NCBI GenBank assembly: GCA_031255075.1
Contig: JAIRTF010000182.1
Location: 1 to 24,592 of the forward strand
Direction of reading: 5' to 3'
Length of the DNA stretch: 24,592 bases
Source of the DNA: Bifidobacteriaceae bacterium
GTDB taxonomy: Bacteria > Actinomycetota > Actinomycetes > Actinomycetales > WQXJ01
The position numbers and the translations under genes are program-made. Shown here piece after piece: positions 16,893-24,592 of the stretch; position 1 is the first letter of the stretch, and each line of letters opens with the position of its first letter. The notes under the pieces were generated by a model, which ran no database searches, was not told the DNA's origin, and was given only the letters and a program-made list of their open reading frames with translations.

Positions 16893-17582
16893 ATGGAAAA
16901 CATACCCAACACGGTGGTCATGGTGACCGAGCAACCCCGGCGCCGGCGCTTCGCCGGCGTGATTGGTTGTATTGCGCTTGGCGCGGCCTTGGTGGCTGGT
17001 ACCACCCTGGCAGCCTTTACTGACCGCGAATCGGCCCGCTTTGGCGATGACAAAGGCATCAGGACCGCCAACCACAACATCCAGATCCGCCAGACGCCGG
17101 CGAATCCGTCGGATACAACGGCTCCCTGGTTCGACACCGATGCCGACAACTACGGCGAAGACCCTGACAAAGCCTCGGCGCTGGTGCTGGACCTGACCGG
17201 CGGCCCGTTGCTTCCCGGCGATACGACACATCGGTACAAGGCAGCGTTCCAGGTTCGCAACGCGCCAGGCTCCCAGGACACCGACCTCAAGATCCACTTC
17301 GAAAACGCGGTGGCCGCAGGCCAGCCAGGCTATGTTGACGGCGACCTGGCCAAGTGGTTGACGATCAGCGCTTTCTGGACGCCAGATACGTACTGGTTCG
17401 ACCGCACATCCTCCTTCCAGAGCTTCGACAGCTTCGCCGAAGCCGAAACCGTTGGCGTGAAGGTAAAGGCCGGCACGGTTTACAGAGTCGAGGTCTACGT
17501 CTCCCTGGATGCGGCGGCTGACTCTTCGGTGGCCAACCGAGAGATAGCTCTCAAGGCGGTGGTTACAGGCCAAGCGGTCTGA
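16893..17582 (+). CDS. SipW-dependent signal peptide protein, TasA/CalY-like fibre subunit 1 (229 aa)
   Basis: RRRR, hydrophobic helix, then AGTTLA|AFTDRES (B. subtilis TasA: GGTWA|AFND). LLPGD motif (TasA: LKPGD). No LPXTG or TM anchor. Two genes upstream of a SipW-type peptidase. Confidence 0.8.
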   Translation: MENIPNTVVMVTEQPRRRRFAGVIGCIALGAALVAGTTLAAFTDRESARFGDDKGIRTANHNIQIRQTPANPSDTTAPWFDTDADNYGEDPDKASALVLDLTGGPLLPGDTTHRYKAAFQVRNAPGSQDTDLKIHFENAVAAGQPGYVDGDLAKWLTISAFWTPDTYWFDRTSSFQSFDSFAEAETVGVKVKAGTVYRVEVYVSLDAAADSSVANREIALKAVVTGQAV

Positions 17583-17597
17583 ACCGAACCCGCAATA

Positions 17598-17637
17598 GGC
17601 GGTGTGGTGGCCGGCCCGGTCCGGTAGCCACACCGCC
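17598..17637 (+). terminator. GC-rich stem-loop after subunit 1
   Basis: GGCGGTGTGG / CCACACCGCC 10-bp perfect arms, followed by GCTTT. Confidence 0.65.
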
Positions 17638-17701
17638 GCTTTGCATATACCCGCAGGTCAAAGCCGTTCTGCGAACAGATTTGATGGATTTCGCTGAAAC
17701 G

Positions 17702-17730
17702 GGAATAGCTGGATATCCCCAGCCGTTGAA
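17702..17730 (+). promoter_or_regulatory. ECF-sigma-type promoter GGAAT-N18-GTTGAA (copy 2)
   Basis: GGAAT 17702-17706, 18-nt spacer, GTTGAA 17725-17730. 123 nt to the ATG, versus 124 nt for copy 1. Confidence 0.65.
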
Positions 17731-17847
17731 CCTGGTTGACGTACCAGCAAACCAAACCGGAAGTGTTCGGATGTGAATGCCGTGAAGGGCGGCCCGGACG
17801 CAGTTCGGAAAGCCGGTACGGCCCAACAAAGGAGACAGAACCCTCAC

Positions 17848-18537
17848 ATGGAAAACAATCCCCAAACCGTCGTCATGGTGGCCGAACAGCCCAGGCGGCG
17901 GCGTCTAGCCGGAATGATCGGCTGCATATCGCTGGGCGCGGCCCTGCTGGCCGGCACCACCATGGCAGCCTTCACCGACCGGGAATCAGCTCGTTTCGGC
18001 GACGACAACAATGGCATCAAGACCGCCTCCCACAACATCCAAATCCGTCCCGAACAGGTCGGCAACGCTTCGGACGCGTGGCAGGACACGGAGAATGACA
18101 ACGCCGGCGAGACAGAGGCCAACAAGGCGCCGATCAACCTGGTGCTGACCGGCGGCCCGATGCTGCCAGGCGACGAGACCTCCGCCTACAAGGCCAAGTT
18201 CGAGGTTCGGGTTGCCCTTGAATCGGGGGATTCCAAGCTGACCTTGAAACTCGAAGACCTGCTGGCCAGCACCGCTGACGCCATCGGCACCGGCGACCTG
18301 GCCGACTGGCTGAAGGTCGATGTCACTTGGAACTCAACCAAGGGCAAAACTGGCACCACAACGGGCAAAACCTTCAAGACCTTGAGCGGGACCAATTCGG
18401 TAGTCCTGACTGACCGTGCAGTCCCCGGAGAGGTCTTCACCGTCGGCTTCACCATCTACTTGGACGGCGCAGCGGATTCTTCAGTTGCCAACCGGGCGCT
18501 TGACCTGAAAGCGGTCGTCACCGGCGAGGCGATCTGA
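17848..18537 (+). CDS. SipW-dependent signal peptide protein, TasA/CalY-like fibre subunit 2 (229 aa)
   Basis: AAGGAG upstream of ATG 17848. AGTTMA|AFTDRESARFG, PMLPGD. Clear paralog of 16893-17582. Confidence 0.8.
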   Translation: MENNPQTVVMVAEQPRRRRLAGMIGCISLGAALLAGTTMAAFTDRESARFGDDNNGIKTASHNIQIRPEQVGNASDAWQDTENDNAGETEANKAPINLVLTGGPMLPGDETSAYKAKFEVRVALESGDSKLTLKLEDLLASTADAIGTGDLADWLKVDVTWNSTKGKTGTTTGKTFKTLSGTNSVVLTDRAVPGEVFTVGFTIYLDGAADSSVANRALDLKAVVTGEAI

Positions 18538-18543
18538 GCCAGA

Positions 18544-18586
18544 CCCGCGCCAGCCGGAGGCCTTGGGCCAAACCGGCTGGCGCGGG
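18544..18586 (+). terminator. 14-bp perfect stem-loop between subunit 2 and the signal peptidase
   Basis: CCCGCGCCAGCCGG (18544-18557) / CCGGCTGGCGCGGG (18573-18586). No U-tract follows. Confidence 0.6.
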
Positions 18587-18640
18587 CCACCGGCCCGCAG
18601 ATCAAACAGCAAGCAACAAAACCAAACTAGGAAACAGCAA

Positions 18641-19228
18641 ATGAAAACCCTCAGAATCTTCCAACACATCGGATTGACCATCCTCTCGGTGGTGGGAGTC
18701 ATCACCGTGCTGGCCACCGCCTTCTGCCTGGCCTCTGGCATCCGGCCGGTGATCGTAGCCTCCGGGTCAATGGCACCTTCCATCCCCACCGGCGCCGTGG
18801 TGTTCCACAAGACCGCCCCAGCTTCAGACCTGAAAGTGGGCGACGTGGTGACCGTGCCCCGGCCGGGCTTGGAAGGGGTGGTGACTCACCGCATCACTTC
18901 GATTGAGCCGGCTGAAAACGGCCAATACACCATGACCATGAAGGGCGATGCCAACAAGTCGCCAGACCCCCAGCCCTATGTGGTGGACAAAGCCGACAAG
19001 ATGTCTTTCAGCGTGCCGCACCTGGGCACGGTCCTGTCATGGATGCGGACCCATCCGATCCAAACCGCGGTGGCTCTGCTGGCGTTGCTGGTGTTCAGCC
19101 TCTGGCCGGCCGCCCGCTTCACAGTGCACCTGCCTGACGGCCGAGTGCTGCGCAACCTCTCCCGCCGCGAGGCTGAAGCCCACTGCGCGGCAATCACCAA
19201 CACCAACCCCCAACCATCCGCCAGCTGA
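18641..19228 (+). CDS. sipW: Signal peptidase I, SipW/archaeal-ER type (Ser-His dyad)
   Basis: N-terminal TM, VASGSMAPSIP (catalytic Ser), VGDVV, VTHRI (His in place of Lys), MKGDANKSPD, C-terminal TM. Confidence 0.9.
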   Translation: MKTLRIFQHIGLTILSVVGVITVLATAFCLASGIRPVIVASGSMAPSIPTGAVVFHKTAPASDLKVGDVVTVPRPGLEGVVTHRITSIEPAENGQYTMTMKGDANKSPDPQPYVVDKADKMSFSVPHLGTVLSWMRTHPIQTAVALLALLVFSLWPAARFTVHLPDGRVLRNLSRREAEAHCAAITNTNPQPSAS

Positions 19229-19254
19229 GCGGCACACCCTAGGAGGCAAAACCG

Positions 19255-20886
19255 ATGAACGCCACGCTACGCCAGGAGCGGCGGATCACCGCGATCGCGG
19301 TGGCCATCGCCGTGGCGTTCGCCTGCCTCCTGACGCCACACCTGGTCCGGAACACCATGGCGGCCTTCCTGGATAACGAATCGGGGCGGTTCGGGCCGAT
19401 GCAGTTCGAAATCCCAGAACCCTCGCCGATGATCGCCACCAAGCGGAACAGCTACCTGGGAGCCACGTTTGTGGCCCTGTCAGACACCGGCCATGCTGCT
19501 TACGTGTGGGGCTACCGCGGCACCGGAATGAGCGGCACCGGCCAGGAGACCGTAGACGCGACATCGGCCGTGTCCGTTGTGAAGCTGGAAGGCGACCGCA
19601 AGATGGTCACCATCACCGGTGGCACTACCATGGCCACCGCCCCAGACACTATGGGCGCCATTGGCGTTCTGGCTTCCGATGGAACGGTCTGGACCTGGGG
19701 CAATGCCGCCACACCGGCCCGCTTGGGGCGCGCCATAGTAAATGGCGACAACTCCAAACCCAAACAGGTCATCTTCCCCGACCTAGGCGGCGCCAAAGTG
19801 ATTGACCTACAGTCCGGCGCCAAGGTGTTTGTGGCTCTGACTGACACCGGTGATGTTTACACCTGGGGTCACTACTTCGACGATAACTCCTCGACCCCTG
19901 GCAAGGCAGAGGGCGACTTGGGGCAGGGCCCGAAGGCGGAAAGCAGCCGGCCTCGCAAGATCCTGACCGGCATCCACTCCATTGGCACGGGCGTCCAGAA
20001 TTCCTGGGCCATCGCCAGCGACAAATGGTCAGTTCTGATCTACGCGGAAGGCATGGATTCGAAGGCCGCACCCCAAGAGTTCCCCGGCAAGGATGGTGCC
20101 ACTGTGCTCTTCTGGGGTCGCGACCACACCCACTTTGGATCAGCCTCAGGTGATCCGGCGCTGAAAGACCAAATCCATCCCTCGCCGGTGCCTGTGGCCA
20201 AGACAGCCGGGCTGAACAAGCTGCTGCAGGATGGCACCAAGGCCGGAGATGACAACACCAGTTTGGGCAAAGCGCTTGGCTCAACAGAGGACAAGGGCAC
20301 CTTCCGCCAGCTTGGCGGCATCTCCTACGGTTCCTACGCTCTGCTGAAGGATGGTTCGGTCTACGCCTGGGGGAACCCCACGTACGGCGGTTCGGGCGGC
20401 GCGGCAACAGTCGATCGGCCGGGAGATACCCCAATGAAGGTCTCCCTGCCAGATCCGACCAACGGATACCAGCAAGCCACAATCAAACAGGTCGTTTCAG
20501 TCCGCAAGCTGGTCTTTATGCTGGACACAACCGGCACCGTGTGGATGTACGGCTACCTCTACAGGGCCGAGCGGGAGCTTTTCCCCAAGGCTGATGGGAC
20601 AACGCCCGCGGCCAGCAGTAACACAGCCATCGGAAACCCCATCAGAATTGCGGGCGCCCCCGGCACCGGTTGGGCAGCCGGAGAGATCACTGGACTTGGC
20701 TCACCTGGCGAAATGACACTGATGGTGACCCATGCGGACGGCTCAGTCTGGTTGGCCGGCGGCGGCAACGCGAGGACCCCCACGAACACAAGGGCGCTGG
20801 TCCGCAACCACTGGAAGGACAACACTGTCCCGACCACCGCCGCGGTGCCGATCACCAAGACGGACCTTTCCAGCCTGCCGAAATAG
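19255..20886 (+). CDS. Secreted RCC1/BLIP-II-like beta-propeller protein with SipW-type signal peptide (543 aa)
   Basis: AGGAGG RBS. RNTMA|AFLDNESGRFG. Repeats: VALSDTGHAAYVWG, VLASDGTVWTWG, VALTDTGDVYTWG, ALLKDGSVYAWG, MLDTTGTVWMYG, THADGSVWLAG. No cell-wall anchor. Confidence 0.8.
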   Translation: MNATLRQERRITAIAVAIAVAFACLLTPHLVRNTMAAFLDNESGRFGPMQFEIPEPSPMIATKRNSYLGATFVALSDTGHAAYVWGYRGTGMSGTGQETVDATSAVSVVKLEGDRKMVTITGGTTMATAPDTMGAIGVLASDGTVWTWGNAATPARLGRAIVNGDNSKPKQVIFPDLGGAKVIDLQSGAKVFVALTDTGDVYTWGHYFDDNSSTPGKAEGDLGQGPKAESSRPRKILTGIHSIGTGVQNSWAIASDKWSVLIYAEGMDSKAAPQEFPGKDGATVLFWGRDHTHFGSASGDPALKDQIHPSPVPVAKTAGLNKLLQDGTKAGDDNTSLGKALGSTEDKGTFRQLGGISYGSYALLKDGSVYAWGNPTYGGSGGAATVDRPGDTPMKVSLPDPTNGYQQATIKQVVSVRKLVFMLDTTGTVWMYGYLYRAERELFPKADGTTPAASSNTAIGNPIRIAGAPGTGWAAGEITGLGSPGEMTLMVTHADGSVWLAGGGNARTPTNTRALVRNHWKDNTVPTTAAVPITKTDLSSLPK

Positions 20887-20912
20887 GTCGCTCGAGCGTG
20901 TGATCACTCAAG

Positions 20913-20950
20913 GCACCCCGAAACCGCAGCTGACTACGGGTTCGGGGTGC
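20913..20950 (+). terminator. Stem-loop ending the SipW cluster
   Basis: GCACCCCGAA / TTCGGGGTGC 10-bp arms, 26 nt after the stop codon. Confidence 0.6.
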
Positions 20951-21268
20951 GCGGCATCGGCCACCGAGACATGGCACCGGGCCACCAGGGAGGGCCTGCG
21001 CCGCCCCTGTGAGCGGCGCGAAGTGGCGGCGCACCAACAGCCAGAGTCCAAGGGCTAACACTTGAAGCGGCTTTCGGGCTAACGTCTAGGGGTCGGATAA
21101 TCTGCCCGCCCGCAACCAGCGCCGCGCGATTCCCGGCGCGGTGGCCCACCCCCAGGGGCGAAAAGGCGGAGCCAAAGCGCTGAACCGACGCGGCCCAAGG
21201 TGGCCGCGAGCGACATCCGGCAAGTCCTGGTAAATCCCGTGCCGCTCCCGAGCGGCAAACGAGCATGA

Positions 21269-22636
<1,368 letters not shown>

Positions 22637-22649
22637 CCAGGACAACCCA

Positions 22650-22799
22650 GCGGTGGTGCCTGGCCTGGTGGCTGGGCACCGCCGCGGCAACCACTTCAGC
22701 CGGTGGCTAAACCAACCCAATTAGGGATCGATTTGGCTTTAGATTTGGTTGTTAAGGGCGGCGCGGGTGGTGGCTTTGACAGCCGCCGCCACCACCCGC
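22650..22799. terminator. Two stem-loops between convergent gdhA and deacetylase genes
   Basis: GCGGTGGTGCC/GGCACCGCCGC (22650-22685, one G-U pair) and GCGGGTGGTGGC/GCCACCACCCGC (22763-22799). Confidence 0.6.
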
Positions 22800-22805
22800 C
22801 CCCTT

Positions 22806-23705
22806 TCAGTTCTTGGTGGCCCGCGGCCCGTTGAAGACAGCCCGGCCAGTTTCAAGTGGGGCGGCCCACAGTTGCGGCACCGTCACCAAGGTGTATCCCC
22901 GTTCCTTCAACCCGGCCACAATTCCGGGCAATGCGGCAATGTCTTCAGAAACTGTGTCATGCATCAAGATGATGGATCCGGGCCGCGAATCATTCAGCAC
23001 ATGGTCCGTCACCTTGGCTCCGTCATGGGTGGCCCAATCCATGGTGTCCACATCCCACAACACAAATGTCATGCCGGTGCAGGCGGCCAAGACGGCGTCA
23101 TCCCAAGCGCCATATGGCGGCCTGACCAACGGCGAATCCACACCAGAAGCGTCCTTGATGGCATTGCGGGTGCGGTTGGCGTCCTCACAGGCGGCCTGCG
23201 GGCCGGCCTTGACCATGTCACCGTGGCGCCAGGAGTGGCCGCCTACGGCGTGGCCCTCCGCCACAGACCGGGCCAGCAACTCCGGCCGCGCCGCCACCGA
23301 TTGGCCCAGGTCGAAGAACGTCACGTGGACATTCAAAGCCTTGAGCTGGTCGAGGAGCGCCGAACGGTAGGTGGAGGGGCCGTCATCAAACGTCAGGGCG
23401 ACGCACGGCACCGCCGAACAATCGACACCCACAACGTTGGCTCCCGGCACCCCACCGGATGGCATATGCCCCTCCGGTGGTAGCGGCGGCGGGGTTGGCT
23501 CTGGCGGCGGGTCTTTTTGGACGGGGACAGCCGGGGTCACAACCACTGGCGGCGGCACAGTTGGGTCCGGGTCAGCCGTGGTGGCTCCGCTGGGCAGCAG
23601 CCAAGCAAACGCCAACAATCCACAGACCACGATTGAGACGAACAAGACCACTGGTCCATGCCACTTTGCCCGCGGTGGCTGACCTTCCTCCATCACTCCA
23701 AACAC
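22806..23705 (-). CDS. Membrane-anchored polysaccharide deacetylase (CE4/NodB, PgdA-like)
   Basis: N-terminal TM, Pro-rich linker, CE4 motifs TFDDGP, HSWRH, RPPYG, WDVDTMDW, ILMHD. Start is GTG 23705 or ATG 23693. Confidence 0.93.
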   Translation of the reverse strand: MFGVMEEGQPPRAKWHGPVVLFVSIVVCGLLAFAWLLPSGATTADPDPTVPPPVVVTPAVPVQKDPPPEPTPPPLPPEGHMPSGGVPGANVVGVDCSAVPCVALTFDDGPSTYRSALLDQLKALNVHVTFFDLGQSVAARPELLARSVAEGHAVGGHSWRHGDMVKAGPQAACEDANRTRNAIKDASGVDSPLVRPPYGAWDDAVLAACTGMTFVLWDVDTMDWATHDGAKVTDHVLNDSRPGSIILMHDTVSEDIAALPGIVAGLKERGYTLVTVPQLWAAPLETGRAVFNGPRATKN

Positions 23706-23914
23706 CTTCCTCAGTCCCCGTTTAACCAGACTATTGTCTCGGATCCACGACGGGTTCTGGCTCTCCGAGCGGGCGTTTCTCAGCTAGCGACAACCTTTAC
23801 GTTTCTTGAAGCAGCCTTGGGCTGTGACCTAAGCTTACCTGGCGGTCCGGACCGGGCCCGGTTCAGCCCACGTGTGGCGCTGACACCACCGAATAGTCAA
23901 CCTAGAAGGCCATG

Positions 23915-24592
23915 ATGTCCAAGATTTACTCCGACGCTTCGCAGATCACCGGCAACACCCCGTTGGTGCGCATCAACCGTCTCACCAAGTCCCTAGCGCC
24001 AGATGCCCAAGTGCTGGCCAAGCTGGAGTTTTACAACCCGGCCGGTTCCGTCAAAGACCGCATTGGGGTGGCGATTGTCGATGCCGCCGAACAGTCTGGC
24101 CAGCTAAAGCCCGGTGGCACCATTGTTGAGGGCACCAGTGGCAACACCGGTATAGCCCTGGCTTTTGTGGGCGCCGCCCGGGGTTATCACGTGGTGCTGA
24201 CAATGCCGGAATCGATGTCCAAGGAGCGCCGGGCGCTGCTGCGGGCCTTTGGCGCTGAACTGGTCCTGACCCCCGCTTCTGAAGGCATGAAAGGCGCCGT
24301 CGAAGCAGCCGAAAAGATTGCCGCCGAACGGCCGGGCGCCATTTTGGCGCGGCAATTCGCCAACCAGGCCAACCCGGAGATTCACCGCCGCACCACCGCT
24401 GAGGAAATCTGGGCAGACACTGACGGCACCGTGGACGTAGTGGTTGGCGGCGTGGGCACCGGTGGCACCATCACCGGAGTTGGCCAGGCCATCAAGGACC
24501 GCAAGCCATCCCTCAAGGTGATAGCCGTGGAACCGGATGAATCGCCGTTGCTGTCCGGTGGGGCAGCCGGCCCGCACAAGATTCAAGGCATT
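23915..24592 (+). CDS. cysK: Cysteine synthase A (3' end runs off the window)
   Basis: Manual translation [23 protein letters not shown]...[16 protein letters not shown] (PLP lysine)...[12 protein letters not shown]...[10 protein letters not shown]...HKIQG. Confidence 0.97.
   Translation, partial: MSKIYSDASQITGNTPLVRINRLTKSLAPDAQVLAKLEFYNPAGSVKDRIGVAIVDAAEQSGQLKPGGTIVEGTSGNTGIALAFVGAARGYHVVLTMPESMSKERRALLRAFGAELVLTPASEGMKGAVEAAEKIAAERPGAILARQFANQANPEIHRRTTAEEIWADTDGTVDVVVGGVGTGGTITGVGQAIKDRKPSLKVIAVEPDESPLLSGGAAGPHKIQGI

Noticed and set aside
16879-16926. 15-aa out-of-frame uORF (MSFSRWKTYPTRWSW) over the subunit 1 start
   Set aside because: Its ATG directly abuts the GGAG, which is poor spacing, and it has no counterpart in the paralogous leader.
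17640-17847. c-di-GMP or c-di-AMP riboswitch upstream of subunit 2
   Set aside because: Only fragments (GCAAACC, GGACGCA) resemble GEMM; the full two-stem core was not found. Kept as an unknown leader finding instead.
22806-23705. Deacetylase as the exopolysaccharide partner of the fibre operon
   Set aside because: Separated by gdhA, opposite strand, with no glycosyltransferase nearby; consistent with an ordinary PgdA-like enzyme.
23760-23911. SAM-IV or SAM-I/IV riboswitch upstream of cysK
   Set aside because: Hairpins are present but the GGCAACC core is absent.

Overview
High-GC actinobacterial chromosome segment (inferred from gene content and codon style). Core genes: recA (partial, 1-878, minus), tRNA-Gly(TCC), tRNA-Pro(TGG), gdhA, a membrane-anchored polysaccharide deacetylase and cysK (partial). 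Three accessory blocks lie between them. (1) About 5 kb after tRNA-Pro: an islet with no integrase, holding two ribbon-helix-helix/antitoxin-like genes with small or truncated partners, a lactococcin-972-type membrane protein plus ABC ATPase with no visible precursor, a membrane protein and a 13-bp G-rich tandem repeat. (2) Three hydrolases converging on a GntR/HutC-controlled operon of sugar ABC transporter, ADP-ribosylglycohydrolase and PfkB kinase (yegUVW-like). (3) The most interesting block, 16.7-20.9 kb: a SipW-type signal peptidase with three cognate substrates sharing a TasA-like cleavage motif. Two are 229-aa TasA/CalY-like paralogs, each behind its own copy of an ECF-type GGAAT-N18-GTTGAA promoter and a conserved leader. 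The third is an RCC1-like beta-propeller carrying the same N-terminal strand. This suggests a sortase-independent fibre with a propeller tip adhesin. All calls come from motif recognition; no database search was run.
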